A stretch of DNA of 64,000 bases from an uncultured Planctomycetota bacterium (GTDB lineage Bacteria; Planctomycetota; PLA2; JAEUHO01), in NCBI GenBank assembly GCA_963752285.1, contig CAVVXN010000001.1, positions 832,001 through 896,000 of the forward strand, given 5' to 3'. Below, in pieces: positions 9,269 to 20,700 of this stretch. Both the position numbers and the translations under genes were made by a program. The notes beneath the pieces are model-generated. The model was given only the letters and a program-made list of their open reading frames with translations. It made no database searches and was not told the DNA's origin. How positions within the stretch are numbered: position 1 is the stretch's first letter; each line of letters begins with the position of its first letter.

Positions 9269-10072
9269 CTACGAACCGGTCTCGGGCTCGGCCTCGATCT
9301 CGGGCCGGGCGAGGACGTCCGACGCGGGCTCCAGCTCCGCCTGGACGCGCGCCTCGCGCCAGAGCGCCACGGCCATCAGCACCGCGAAGAACGCGGAGGC
9401 CCCGTACGTGCCGAGGTCGAGGCCGCCCTGCGCCACGGGCTTGGTCAACAGGTCGCCGAAGGTGGCGCCGAACGGCCGCGTCAGGACGAACGCCACCCAG
9501 AAGAGGAACACCGACGAGAGCCGGGTGAAGTAGTGGGCGAGGGCCGTGATGGCGAGGAGCGCGGCGATCACGACCGCGCCGTGAAGGAACCCGAGGCCCA
9601 GGTCGTCGGACAGGTAGTCACCGGCGGCCGTTCCCAGCGTGTTCGCGATCAGGAAGCCGGCCCAGTAGAAGAGCTCGGCGCCCGGCGTCTCGATGCGTTC
9701 GACGGAGAGCGACCGTTCGACGAGGTACCAGATGGCCAGGGTCACGAGCAACATCGCCACCAGGAGCGCCGCGCCGACGGCGTAGCCGAGTTCCAGGGTG
9801 CGGTCGATGTAGTCCGAGGCGGCCGTGCCGAGGATCGCCGAGGCGGTGAAGACGCTCCAGTACGAGAGCGGGCCGTAGCGCCGAAGCGACATCTTGACGG
9901 CGAGCAGCACGAGGAACAGCGCCAGGAACACCAGGATCGTGACGCCGTAGCCCATGTGGAGCGTCATCGAGAACATGTCCGCTCCCGTCTCTCCGAGGGT
10001 GGTGGACGCGATCTTGATGACCCAGTAGGCGAAGACGATCCGGGGAACCCGGTTGAGGACGTCGCGTGTCAC
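9269..10072 (-). CDS. COG4705/DUF347-repeat membrane protein
   Basis: Four repeats: YWVIKIASTTLGETGAD, YWSVFTASAILGTAASD, YWAGFLIANTLGTAAGD and FWVAFVLTRPFGATFGD. Confidence 0.88.
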   Translation of the reverse strand: MTRDVLNRVPRIVFAYWVIKIASTTLGETGADMFSMTLHMGYGVTILVFLALFLVLLAVKMSLRRYGPLSYWSVFTASAILGTAASDYIDRTLELGYAVGAALLVAMLLVTLAIWYLVERSLSVERIETPGAELFYWAGFLIANTLGTAAGDYLSDDLGLGFLHGAVVIAALLAITALAHYFTRLSSVFLFWVAFVLTRPFGATFGDLLTKPVAQGGLDLGTYGASAFFAVLMAVALWREARVQAELEPASDVLARPEIEAEPETGS

Positions 10073-10283
10073 GGCTGCGAGAGCTCCCGGGGTGCGCGGC
10101 GAGGCATGATAGTCCTGGTCGGGGCCCCGCGATTCGCGTGAACCAGGAAGCGTGGGTCGCAAGACCTCTGGGATGACCATGGCCGGCTGCCCGTCGGACG
10201 CCGAGACGCTCTCCGTCACGCCGACTTCGTCCGCGCGGGCACCCTGGCGCTCCGGGTCCGGTATCGACTACGCTTCCCCGGCC

Positions 10284-10706
10284 ATGCTGCATCTCCACGA
10301 CGCCGTCATCCTGGCCGAGGACTACGCGAAGCTCAGGGACTGGTGGATCCAGGTCGTCGGGCTCGAGCTGCAGAAGGAGGTGACGGCGCACTACCACTAC
10401 GCGAAGCTCGGGCTGGGCGGCACGCTCGTCCTGGGCATCGCGTCGGCGCGCGAGATGGGCGCGGCGCCGCCGACACCCCGGGCGAACGCCGTGGTCCCTC
10501 AGCTTCGCGTCGAAGACGTGCATGCGTTCCTCGCGGGTCTTCGTGCGCGCGGAGGCGTCGTCGGCTTCGGGCCGTCGTTCGACGAGGAGGGCGGCTTCTG
10601 GTACGGCGGGTTCGAGGACGGCGAGGGGAATCCCGTATGGGTCGTCTCGCAGCAGGGGGCGGAGACCCCGCCTGGGAGCGGGGCGCCCGGCGCGGGTCCG
10701 GGTTGA
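10284..10706 (+). CDS. VOC/glyoxalase family protein
   Basis: LRVEDVHAFLAGLRARGG and FEDGEGNPV motifs; ~140 aa. Confidence 0.85.
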   Translation: MLHLHDAVILAEDYAKLRDWWIQVVGLELQKEVTAHYHYAKLGLGGTLVLGIASAREMGAAPPTPRANAVVPQLRVEDVHAFLAGLRARGGVVGFGPSFDEEGGFWYGGFEDGEGNPVWVVSQQGAETPPGSGAPGAGPG

Positions 10707-10873
10707 CCGGGCGACCGCGCCTTCGCGGCCCGGAGGCGTGGGGTGCGCGTCCGGGGGAACGCGACGTGAACCGAGTCTCGCCCCGCGGGCCCGCCCGCGT
10801 GGGCGCGGAAGGGGGCGCGCGTCGAGGACCCGGCCGGCCACGTCCCTGCGCGGACGAGCGAACCGCCGGCCGC

Positions 10874-12268
10874 TCAGCGTTGGAGGAGCTCCGCCACGCA
10901 GCAGGTGAGACGGCGCGCGGTCGGGAGGTGGAGGAACTCGTTCGGCCCGTGCGCGTTGCTGCCCGGTCCGAGGACGCCGGTCACGACGAACCTCGCCGCC
11001 GGGAAGCGCTCGCCGAGCATCGCCATGAAGGGAATCGTCCCGCCTTCGCCGTGGTGCGCGACGGGCTTCCCGAAGTGGCGACGCGAGGCCTCGTCGAGGC
11101 GATTCGCGAGCGCCTCGCCGGGGTCGGGCGCGTTCCATCCGTCGGCGGCGTCCCCCGGCTCGAACGTGACCCGCGCGCCGTAGGGGGGATCGGCCTCGAA
11201 GATCTCCTTCAACCGCGCGACGGCGGCCCGCGCGCCGCAGCCCGGCGGGACGCGGACCGAGACCTCGACGCTCGTCGTGGGACGGAGCACGTTGCCGGCC
11301 TTCTCGAGCGAGGGCAGCCCGGCCGCGCCGATCACCTCGATCGTGGGCCGCCACGTGTTCGCGAGGAGGAGCTCGACCGGGTCCTCGCTCGTCGCGTGCG
11401 CGCCGGGGACGAAGGGAAACTGCGCCCCCACGTCGCCGTGGAGCACGTCCGCCGTGGCCCGCGCCTGGGCGCGGCGCGCCGCGGGGATCTCCACCGAGAG
11501 CTCGGGCGGGAGGATCCGCCCCGTCGTCTCGTCCTCGACCCGCGAGAGCAAGGCGCGCACGATCCGGAAGGTCGAGGGAACGATCCCGCCCGCGCCGCCC
11601 GAGTGGACGCCCTCCTTCAGGACCTCGACGGTGAGCGTCCCGCTCACGAGGCCCCGGAGCGAGGTCGTGAGCCACAGGCGGTCGTAGTCGCCGCACCCGG
11701 AGTCGAGGCAGATCACGAGGTCCACGCGCCCGAGGCGGTCCTCCAGGTGCTCGACGTACGCCGGGAGATCGGGGCTCCCGCTCTCCTCGGAGCACTCGAC
11801 GAGCACGACGCAGCGCGGGACCTTCCCGCCCGCCTCGTGGACCGCGCGGATCGCGGTCAGGCTCGCGAAGACCGCGTAGCCGTCGTCCGCGCCGCCGCGC
11901 CCGTAGAGACGGTCGCCCTCGATCACGGGGACGAAGGGGCCGAGGCCCTCGCGCCAGCCCGTCATCTCGGGCTGCTTGTCGAGGTGGCCGTAGAGGAGGA
12001 CGGTCCCCTCGCCCTCGCCCGGCACCTCGAGGACGAGGAGCGGCGTCCGCCCGGGCAGGCGGACCACCTCCACCGCGAGGCCGGGCACCGGCTGCGTCCG
12101 GCACCAGGCGGCCGCGAGGTCCACCGCGCGGTCCATGTGCCCGTGCGCGGCCCAGTCGGGATCGAAGGCGGGGGAGAGATTCGGGATCCGGACGTACTCC
12201 GTGAGCCGGCCGACGATCTCGTCGGTCCAGATCCCGTTCACGAACGATTGGAGGCGCGCGTCGTCCAT
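10874..12268 (-). CDS. M20/M25/M40 family metallopeptidase
   Basis: LLYGHLDKQP, LYGRGGADDG, SEESGS, GEGGTIPF and NAHGPNEFL. Confidence 0.93.
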   Translation of the reverse strand: MDDARLQSFVNGIWTDEIVGRLTEYVRIPNLSPAFDPDWAAHGHMDRAVDLAAAWCRTQPVPGLAVEVVRLPGRTPLLVLEVPGEGEGTVLLYGHLDKQPEMTGWREGLGPFVPVIEGDRLYGRGGADDGYAVFASLTAIRAVHEAGGKVPRCVVLVECSEESGSPDLPAYVEHLEDRLGRVDLVICLDSGCGDYDRLWLTTSLRGLVSGTLTVEVLKEGVHSGGAGGIVPSTFRIVRALLSRVEDETTGRILPPELSVEIPAARRAQARATADVLHGDVGAQFPFVPGAHATSEDPVELLLANTWRPTIEVIGAAGLPSLEKAGNVLRPTTSVEVSVRVPPGCGARAAVARLKEIFEADPPYGARVTFEPGDAADGWNAPDPGEALANRLDEASRRHFGKPVAHHGEGGTIPFMAMLGERFPAARFVVTGVLGPGSNAHGPNEFLHLPTARRLTCCVAELLQR

Positions 12269-12366
12269 CCCGGGATCCTATCCACGCGGCACCGTCGCGC
12301 CTCGTCCCGACCGGCGTCCCGGAGTCCGCGCGGGCGCCGTCCCGGCTCCGGGGGTACGTTGCGGGC

Positions 12367-13083
12367 GTGAGCGACGCGGCGAGCCCTCGGCAGCGGTGGC
12401 GATTGCTGGAGGGGGAGGAGGGTCTCTTCTGCCCGCAGCTTCAACAGGTCGTCGCGACGACCACCAACCGTTGCCCGCGCTGCCCGACGCCCCCGACGAC
12501 GTTCGCCCCGGGGCTCTGCCCCGAGTGCGACACGCCGCTCGAGGCGGCCGAGGCCGGGACGGCCCGGGCCGTCGGCCGCTGTCCCGATTGCCACGGCGCG
12601 TGGTTCGACAGCGGCGCGATCCACGAGGCGTTGGACCTCCGCGTGGGCCTCGTCGAGCGGCCGCCGAAGTTGGTGCAGGTGCGTCAGCAGCTCGCCGCGT
12701 GTCCCGTCGAGGCGCCGCCCTCGCGAAGTCATCCGCGTTGCGTTCGGTGCCAGGAGCCGATGTTGCGGCGCCAGGTCGCGCCCCTCTCGGGCATCCCGGT
12801 CGAGCAGTGCGGCACGGACGGCCTCTGGTTCCCGCCCGGCCGCTACGAGCAGTTCGCCGCGTTCCTGACGGCCGGCGGCCTGGAGCTCGCCCCGAGCGAG
12901 ATCCACCGCGACGCGGCGGAACGGAAGCTGCTCGCCCGCGAGCGAGAGCTCGACGAGAAGCTGCAGCAAGGAGCGCCAGCAGCGCACGCACTGGGGCCTC
13001 GGCTTCCGCGGTCCCTCGTAACGAGGATCCCTCGCGTACGCCGCCTGCTGGGGAAGGGTACGTCTCACGCCCGGACGAGGTAG
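12367..13083 (+). CDS. Multi-zinc-ribbon (zf-TFIIB-like) protein
   Basis: CPRC, CPEC, CPDC.GAWFD, CVRC and C..GLWF motifs. The 3' end overlaps the convergent TauE gene by 19 bp. Confidence 0.7.
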   Translation: MSDAASPRQRWRLLEGEEGLFCPQLQQVVATTTNRCPRCPTPPTTFAPGLCPECDTPLEAAEAGTARAVGRCPDCHGAWFDSGAIHEALDLRVGLVERPPKLVQVRQQLAACPVEAPPSRSHPRCVRCQEPMLRRQVAPLSGIPVEQCGTDGLWFPPGRYEQFAAFLTAGGLELAPSEIHRDAAERKLLARERELDEKLQQGAPAAHALGPRLPRSLVTRIPRVRRLLGKGTSHARTR

Positions 13084-13805
13084 ACCACCGACACCACGAC
13101 GAGACACCCGAGCACGAGGCGTCGGAACGTGTCGCCGTTCAGGTGCCCGGAGAGACGCGTCCCCACGTAGAGGCCCAGCGCGAGCACGGGCGCGAGCACG
13201 GCGTCGTCTCGGAGCACCGGGCCCGTGAGCAGGCCCTCCGAGGCGTAGAGCCCGAGCTGGAGCACGCACACCACGAGGAAGAAGCCCTGGAGGACGGCCT
13301 TGAAGGTCCCCTGAGGCCAACGGCGCGCGGTGCCGTACACGATGGCCGGCGGGCCGCCCGTGTTGAACGCCGCCCCGAGGAACCCGCCCGCGACGCCCAG
13401 GCCGACGCCCAGCGGGTCGAGAGCCCAGACCGGGCTCGACGAGCCCGGGGACTCCACGCCGCCGAAGACGAGCCCGTGGGTCGCGTAGAGCAGCAGCACC
13501 GCTCCGAGCAGGCGCATCACGACGTGCGGTTCGACCGACACGACGAGGAGCGCGCCGAGCGGCGCCCCGACCACGCCGCCGACGAGCAGGGGGGCGGCCG
13601 CGCGGAACGTGAAGTCCCGGCGGTAGTGCCACAGGAGCGACACGTTGTTCAGGAGGCCGAACACGGCCACGAGCGCGACCGCCGTTCGGTAGCCGAGGAT
13701 CCACGGCACGATCGCCATCGCCACCATGCCGAACCCGAACCCCAGCACGCCCTGCGTGAAGGCCGCGAGGAGGACGACGAAACCGACGGTCACGAGCGGG
13801 GGCAT
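13065..13805 (-). CDS. Sulfite exporter TauE/SafE family protein
   Basis: QGVLGFGFGMVAM and GGFLGAAFNTGGPP motifs; about 8 TM segments. Confidence 0.9.
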   Translation of the reverse strand: MPPLVTVGFVVLLAAFTQGVLGFGFGMVAMAIVPWILGYRTAVALVAVFGLLNNVSLLWHYRRDFTFRAAAPLLVGGVVGAPLGALLVVSVEPHVVMRLLGAVLLLYATHGLVFGGVESPGSSSPVWALDPLGVGLGVAGGFLGAAFNTGGPPAIVYGTARRWPQGTFKAVLQGFFLVVCVLQLGLYASEGLLTGPVLRDDAVLAPVLALGLYVGTRLSGHLNGDTFRRLVLGCLVVVSVVYLVRA

Positions 13806-14092
13806 CGGCGCGGAAGCGTAGCCGGAACCGGCGCCGACATCGCGTGTCGTTCCGGCGAGAGCGGACCCGGGTTGCGCGTCGTCGCCGGAGGGCATCGAGC
13901 GTGCGTTCGCATGGCGAGCGACGACAGGGGCATCCGACGGCCGAGAGCGCGAGAACGGCGTCGCGCGCCTCGACAGGTCGGCGCGTTCGTGCGGCGGATC
14001 GGGTTCGCGCGGCCCGGGACGCCCCGGAACGCGCGTATCCTCCTCTCCACGGTCGCGGGGAGAGGCCCCGCCCGACGATCGGGGGCCCGCCC

Positions 14093-15700
14093 ATGAAGCG
14101 TCTCGTCTCGAAGGACGTCCGGTCGCGGAGCGTGCTCCTCACGGTGCTCGTGGTGATCCTCCTGGTGGGGCTGCCCCTGGCCGTCTGGCTCGACCTGCGC
14201 GACCTCTCGGAGTCGTCCCTCCGGCGCCAGACGAGCGACCTCAACTCGGTCATCGGGAGCATCCGCGCCTACTACGCCAAGAACATCGTCGGTCGCGTGC
14301 TCGCCTCGCCGCACGACACCCAGGTGCTCCCCAACTACGAAGACGTCCCGGGGGCGATCCCCATCCCCGCCACGCTCTCGCTCGAGCTCGGGAAGGTGAT
14401 CTCGGAGCAGCAGTCGAACATCTCGTACCGGTTCGTCTCGGACTACCCGTTCAAGAACCGCGCGGTCCACCCGCTCGACGGGTTCGAGCGGGCCGCCCTC
14501 GCGTCGCTCCGCGAGAACCCCGACCAGTCGCTGACCGACGTCTCGTCCACGCTGACCGAGAGCAGCGTGCGACACGTCACGCCGATCATCATGGGGGCCA
14601 CCTGCGTCGCGTGCCACAACACGCATCCCGACAGCCTGAAGCGAGACTGGAAGGTCGGAGACGTGCGCGGCATCCAGGAGGTCGCGATCCAGCAACCCCT
14701 CGCTGCGAACCTCCTCTCGTTCAAGTACCTGCTCACGTACTTCGCCTTCGCGGCGACCTGCGGCGTGACGTTCATCGTGCTGCAGGGCCGGCAGGCGCTC
14801 GCGATCGGGCGGATGAACCAGGAGCTCGAGGCCAACAACGACTTCCTCGCCACCGTGTCGATGAAGATCTCCCGCTACCTCGCGCCCCAGGTCTACAAGA
14901 GCATCTTCACCGGACAGCGCGACGTGGTGATCCACACCGAGAGGAAGCGTCTGACGATCTTCTTCTCCGACATCAAGGACTTCACGGCGACGACCGAGCG
15001 CCTTCAGCCCGAGGAGATCACCGCGCGATTGAACGAGTACTTCACGGAGATGTCGAAGATCGCCGCGGCGCACGGCGGGACCGTGGACAAGTTCATCGGC
15101 GACGCGATGCTGATCTTCTTCGGCGATCCCGAGACGCGCGGCGCCGCCGAGGACGCGAAGGCGTGCCTGCGGATGGCCGTCGAGATGCAGGGCCGGCTCG
15201 CCGAGCTGAACGCCCGCTGGCGGAACGAGGGCATCGAAGAGCCCTTCCGTGTCCGCATGGGCATCAACACGGGCTTCTGCAACGTGGGCAACTTCGGCAG
15301 CGCGGACCGCATGGACTACACGATCATCGGCGCGGAGGCGAATCTCGCCGCTCGGCTCCAGACGATGGCGGACCCGGGACAGGTCGTGGTGAGCTACGAG
15401 ACGTACGCGCTCGTGCGCGACCTGGTCGTCGCGCGTCCGCTGCCGCCGATCTCCATGAAGGGCATTCCGCGCGAGGTGGTGCCGTACGCCATCGACGGGC
15501 TCGTGGACGCGAGCGGCGCTCCCCAGCGCATCTTCAGCGAGCACATGACGGGCCTCGACTTCTACCTCGATCCCGTCGCGGTGGACGCCCAGGCGGCCGA
15601 CCACGCCCGCGCGGTCCTCCGGCGCGCGCTCGCCGAGCTCGACCGCCGCGCAGGGAGAGAGGCCCCCGCCCCGACCCGGCGCGCGGACGACACGGACTAG
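14093..15700 (+). CDS. Class III adenylate cyclase with extracytoplasmic DUF3365/Tll0287-like c-heme sensor domain
   Basis: TM-(PIPAT..YRFVSDYPF..CVACH..WKVGDVRG)-TM, then cyclase motifs FFSDIKDFT, DKFIGDA and DYTIIGAEANLAARL. Confidence 0.92.
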   Translation: MKRLVSKDVRSRSVLLTVLVVILLVGLPLAVWLDLRDLSESSLRRQTSDLNSVIGSIRAYYAKNIVGRVLASPHDTQVLPNYEDVPGAIPIPATLSLELGKVISEQQSNISYRFVSDYPFKNRAVHPLDGFERAALASLRENPDQSLTDVSSTLTESSVRHVTPIIMGATCVACHNTHPDSLKRDWKVGDVRGIQEVAIQQPLAANLLSFKYLLTYFAFAATCGVTFIVLQGRQALAIGRMNQELEANNDFLATVSMKISRYLAPQVYKSIFTGQRDVVIHTERKRLTIFFSDIKDFTATTERLQPEEITARLNEYFTEMSKIAAAHGGTVDKFIGDAMLIFFGDPETRGAAEDAKACLRMAVEMQGRLAELNARWRNEGIEEPFRVRMGINTGFCNVGNFGSADRMDYTIIGAEANLAARLQTMADPGQVVVSYETYALVRDLVVARPLPPISMKGIPREVVPYAIDGLVDASGAPQRIFSEHMTGLDFYLDPVAVDAQAADHARAVLRRALAELDRRAGREAPAPTRRADDTD

Positions 15701-15864
15701 CGTTCTGAGTCCGAACACCAGTCTCCGGACCTGTGGGGTCCCGGTTTCCCGCCCGGCGGGCGCCGGTCGCCATCGCTACGGGCCCCGACGGAACGTACGC
15801 GGTGGCCGGGCGGACCGTGTCTCGGCTTCGCCGGCGGGACGTCGGCCCATGTAGGATTCGACGC

Positions 15865-16938
15865 ATGTCGGCACGGACGCGACGCACCATGAGATGGGTG
15901 ATCGGCGGCGTCTCGGTCGCCGGCCTCTTGGGCCTCGCCGCCGTCCTCCCCGGTACGGCTCGCGGCGTGCCCGCGGTCGATTCCGGCGTTCGCGCCGCCG
16001 GCGACGGCGCCGCCCGCGCCCCCGCCGAGCCGCGTACGGCGGTCCACCTGGCCGGCCGTGACGTGCGGCACGAAACGACGACGCGCGCGGGCGCCGAGAG
16101 ACGCGTTGCGGTCCGGCCGGAGGCGCGCGGACGCGACGATCCTCTCCTGCGGCTCCACTTCCCCTACGTCGAAGAGGGCTCGGTCCTGGCGATCGAGGTC
16201 CTACCACCGCGCACACAGGGCCGGGTGAGCCCCGGGCAGGCCGTCCTCGTGTCCCGGACGCGGTCGGTGGACCTCCCCTGGCGCGAAACCGATCACGCAG
16301 ACCTCCTGGTCGTCTCCCCCGGGGACGGCCGCTACGCGTTCGTCCGAGACGCCGGGGTCTCGGCGACCCCGATCGAGGTCGAGCTCCGTCCCGGCCGCCC
16401 CTTGCGTTGCCGACTCGTGTTCCCCGAGGGTGTGATGGGCGAGGACCTGGATTGGGAGCTGCGGGCCGAGGGCTTCGACTTCGTCGCGTGGACGACGGGC
16501 GGCGGAGGCGCGGGGTCCGAGACCTCGTTCCCGGCCGTTCCCGAGGACGGTGTCGTGGTGGTGGTGGCGCGTGCGCACGCGAGGGAGCGGGGTCTCGGCC
16601 GGGTGGACGTGGATCCCGGGTACGTGGGCCACGTTCGCGCGGTCCCGCCCGGGCCCGCCCGCGTCGAGATGCGAAGAGGCGTGCTCGTGGGCGTGCGGCT
16701 GAGCGGGGTGGAGGCGACCGACCTCGAGGGCGCCGACGTCGGCATCGAGGCCACGGAGGGCGACGCGAACGCGATGGCCCTGCTCGTGGGCTACGGCGAG
16801 ATCTTCGCCGCGTGGCCCGGCACGTGGACCTTCCGGGCCCGGGGACGCCTCCGCGATGGCCGCGTCGTCTCCGGCGAGCGCGTCGCCGAGGTCGGGACCG
16901 ACGAGAGCCTCGTCGATCTCGTGCTCGCCGCGGAGTGA
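15865..16938 (+). CDS. Membrane-anchored or exported hypothetical protein (beta-sandwich-like)
   Basis: N-terminal hydrophobic helix, GC3-rich coding frame and a PGTWTFRARG-type strand motif. Confidence 0.6.
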   Translation: MSARTRRTMRWVIGGVSVAGLLGLAAVLPGTARGVPAVDSGVRAAGDGAARAPAEPRTAVHLAGRDVRHETTTRAGAERRVAVRPEARGRDDPLLRLHFPYVEEGSVLAIEVLPPRTQGRVSPGQAVLVSRTRSVDLPWRETDHADLLVVSPGDGRYAFVRDAGVSATPIEVELRPGRPLRCRLVFPEGVMGEDLDWELRAEGFDFVAWTTGGGGAGSETSFPAVPEDGVVVVVARAHARERGLGRVDVDPGYVGHVRAVPPGPARVEMRRGVLVGVRLSGVEATDLEGADVGIEATEGDANAMALLVGYGEIFAAWPGTWTFRARGRLRDGRVVSGERVAEVGTDESLVDLVLAAE

Positions 16939-17106
16939 CGGGGCGCCCCGGGGGCCGGTTCGTGTGCGGCGTCCTGGTCCGGCGCTCGAGGCGGGTGCGC
17001 CGCAGGCGAGCGGGAGGGAACCGGGGACGTGCGCGCCAGGCGCCGCACGATCGACGCCGCTCGGGCCGCCCTCGACGACGCGCGCCACCGGGTAGAATCC
17101 CGCAGG

Positions 17107-17695
17107 ATGGCCGAGCCGGACGTCGCCGCGCTGCTCGTCGAGGTCGGGCGGGGATCGCCCGAGGCCGCTACGCGTCTCTTCGAGGCGCTCTACGCCGAGC
17201 TTCGGGAGGTGGCGGGGCGCGTCTTCGGCCGGCAGCGCGAGGGCCACACGCTCTCGCCGACCGTCCTCGTGCACGAGGCCTACGTGAAGCTGGTGACGTC
17301 GAGGTCGAGCGCGAGCCCCGCGGACCGCGCGCACTTCCTGAACCTCGCCGCGCGCGCCATGCGGCAGGTCCTCGTGAACCACGAGCGCGACCGGCGCGCG
17401 AAGAAACGGGGCGGAGGCGAGGAACGGCACCGCGTCACGCTCTCCGACGCGCCGACGCCCGTCCGCGGCGCCGACGGTGGACCTCCTCGACCTCGACGAG
17501 GCCCTCGCGGCGCTGGATCGCCTGGACGGACGTCAGGCGCGGATCGCCGAGATGCGGATCTTCGGCGGCCTGGCGATCGAGGAGATCGCCACGCTCCTCG
17601 GCGTGTCGAAGCGAACGATCGAGCTCGACTGGCGGATGGCGAAGGACTTCCTCGGCTCCCGGCTCCTGCCGCCCGCCACGCGCCCCCAACGCTGA
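17107..17695 (+). CDS. ECF sigma factor (TIGR02999-type), interrupted by a +1 frameshift near 17476
   Basis: N-half LYAELREVA..HTLSPTVLVHEAYVKL..RAMRQVLV..AKKRGG is in frame 17107. C-half VDLLDLDEALAAL..GGLAIEEIATLLGVSKRTIELDW is in frame 17477. Confidence 0.9.
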
Positions 17696-17704
17696 GCGAA
17701 GCCG

Positions 17705-20700
17705 ATGGACCCCCAGCGCTACCGACGCGTGAAGGAGGTCTACTTCGAGGCCTCCGCGTTCCCCGAGGCGGACCGGGAAGCCTACCTCGTGACCGCCTGC
17801 GCGGGGGACGCGGCTCTCGAGGCGGAGGTGCGGCGCCTCCTCGCGACGCGCCCGCCCAGCACCGACGGCGTACGGCCCGGCCCGGCGCGCGGCGCGCCGC
17901 CGGAGGCGCTCCGCGACGGAACGCGCGTCGGCGAGCACGTCCTCGTTCGCGTCCTCGGGGTCGGCGGGATGGGCCGCGTCTACGAGGCCCGCGCCGACGA
18001 CGGGTCCCGCGTCGCGATCAAGGTGTTCCATCCGCACCTCCTCGAACGGGCCGGCTCCCGCGCGCGCTTCCACCGCGAGGTCGAGATCGGGCGCCGCGTG
18101 ACGCATCCCTGCGTCGTCCGGACGCTGGGCGCCGGCTCCGTGACGCTCGCGAGCGGCCCCGTGGACTACCTCGTGATGGAGTACGTCCAGGGCCGCACGC
18201 TCCGCCAGGTGCTCGACCATCTCGGCTCGCTGCCCGAGGGCCTCGTGCGCGAGATCGGGTCGCAGGCCGCGCGCGGCCTCGAGGCCGTGCACGAGGCGGG
18301 CGCGGTCCATCGGGACGTGAAGCCCGAGAACCTGCTCCTGACCGAGGACCACCGCCTCCGCATCACGGACCTCGGCGTCGCGAAGGTGCTCGAGGGCGTG
18401 CCGAGCCTCACGAGCGACGGGCAGTTCGTCGGGTCGCTCCACTACGCGGCCCCGGAGCAGCTCGGCCAGGGCACGATCGGGCCGGCCACCGACCTCTACG
18501 CGCTGGGCGTGGTCCTCTACGAGCTCGCGACCGGGTCGCACCCCTTCGCCGCCGAGAGCCCCGCCGCCATGCTCCGTGCCCACCTCGAGCGGGTGCCGAC
18601 GCCCGCCGTGGACCGCGGCGTGGGCGTCTCGCCCTTCCTCTCGGCGGTGCTCGCGACGTTGCTCGCGAAGGACCCGCGCGACCGGTTTCCGTCCGCCGCC
18701 GCCCTCGCGGGCGTGCTCGAGGAGGGCGAGTCGGCGCCGTGGTGGCGCGATCACGCGACGAGGTCGGCGCCGGCGCGCCCGCCGCTCGTCGCCGTCGCCC
18801 GCGAGACGGCGATGTACGGGCGGGTCCAGGAACGCGAACGGCTGGAGGCCGCGTGGGGGGACGCGCGCGAGGGCCACGGGCGGACCGTCCTCCTCGTCGC
18901 CGACGCCGGCTTCGGAAAGACGCGGCTCGTCGGCGAGCTCCTCCAGTCGCACGCCACCGACGACGCCGCGCGCCTCTACGGCGCGTTCGAGCCGGGCGGA
19001 GGCGGAGGGCTCCGGAGCGCGCTCGCGCGCTACTTCCTGGAGGACGCGCCGGAGGAGCGGATCGAGGAGTACCTCGGCGAGTCGCGGGCGCTCCTCCCGG
19101 GGATCGTCGCCTGGCTTCGGCGCCAGCTTCCGCCGGCCGACCGGCCCTTGCCCGACCTCGCGACGCGAAACGCCCTCGCCGCGCGGCTCCTGACCGGCCT
19201 CGCGGCGCGCCGTCCCGTGCTCTGGGTCGTGGAGGACCTCCACCACGCCGGCGCGGACGCGCTCACGACGGTGTTCTCGCTCGCGCGCGCGGCGGCCGGG
19301 AAGGCCGTGCTCCTCGTCCTCACGTCGCGCGAGCCGCTGCCGCCGGCGCCGCGGGCCGAGCTCGGGCGGATCACCCGCTTCGAGTCGGTCCCGCTCGGCC
19401 GCATCCCGACCGCCGACGTGGAGGGGATCTGCCGCGAGCGTTTCGACGACGAGGACGCCGCGCGTCGCGTGGGCCCGCGCGTCGCGGCGCTCGCCGACGG
19501 GGTGCCGCTCTTCGCGCTCGAGATCCTCCGCGGCCTCGAGATCGGCGGACGGCTGACGCGAACGCCCAGCGGCCGCTACGTCGAGACCCAGCCGATCGAC
19601 GACATCGAGGTGCCGCCGACGCTTCGCGAGCTCGTGGGCGACCGGCTGCACGGCCTCACGCGGGAGGAGGCCGAGATGCTCGACGTCGCGGCCGTCGCCG
19701 GCGGTGCGATCGACCCCGACCTGGTCGCGCGCGTGCGCGGCGTGACGCGCCTGCGCGTCCTCGAGGTCCTGGGCCACCTCGAGAAGAAGTCGCGGCTCGT
19801 CCGGAGCGACGGCGCGACCCTCCGCTTCGACCACCCGCTGATCGGCGAGGTGGTGTACGACGCCCTTCCGCCCGCGCTCCGCCAGGAACTCCATCGCCTC
19901 GTGGCGGAGGCGATCCTCGCGGGCGCGGACGGGCCCGACGCCGTGACAGGCCAGGCCGCCGCCGCCGCGGTGCACCACCACCTTCGCGGCGCGACGCCCG
20001 ATCGGGCCCTGCCCCTCGCGCCGCGGGCCATCGAGTGGCTCTCCGGCAACCACCACGGGCCGCGGATGGTGGACGTGCTCGTCCGCCTGCGGGAGGTCCG
20101 AGACGTCGATCCCGTGGTCCGCGTGCGGTACGGGATCCATCTCGGCCGGACGCTCCAGCAGCTCGGCCGGTCGGACGACGCCCAGTCGACACTCGCCGAG
20201 TCGATCGAGGAAGCCGACCGCCTCGGCGACCCGGGACTCCGCGTCGACGCGCGCGCCGCGCTGGGGTACCTCCGGATCGAGCGGGGCGAGTTCGACGGTG
20301 CGCTCCAGACCCTCGACGAGGTGTCGCCGCTCCTCGGACCGGGCGCCGATCCCGCGCGTCGCGCGGACGCCCTCGGCGCGCGCGGTCAGGCCCTCTGGTG
20401 CCTCGGTCGCTACGAGGACGCGCGCCGGTGTCACGAGGAGGCGCTGGCCCTCGCCCGCGACGTCGGGCTGTCGAACTTCGAGGCGCGCGCGTCCTCGGAC
20501 CTCGCGGTGGTCTGTCACGAGCTCGGCGAGCTCGACCGCGCCGAGGCGCTGCTCCGTCGCGCGATCGAGATCCAACGCGCCGAGGGGACGCTCCGGAACG
20601 AGGCCGTCTCGATCTCGAACCTCGCGAACGTGCTCCACGACCAGGGGCGGAAGGCCGAGGCCCTCGAGAGCTACGAGGCCTCGCTCGCGCTGTGCCGGAA

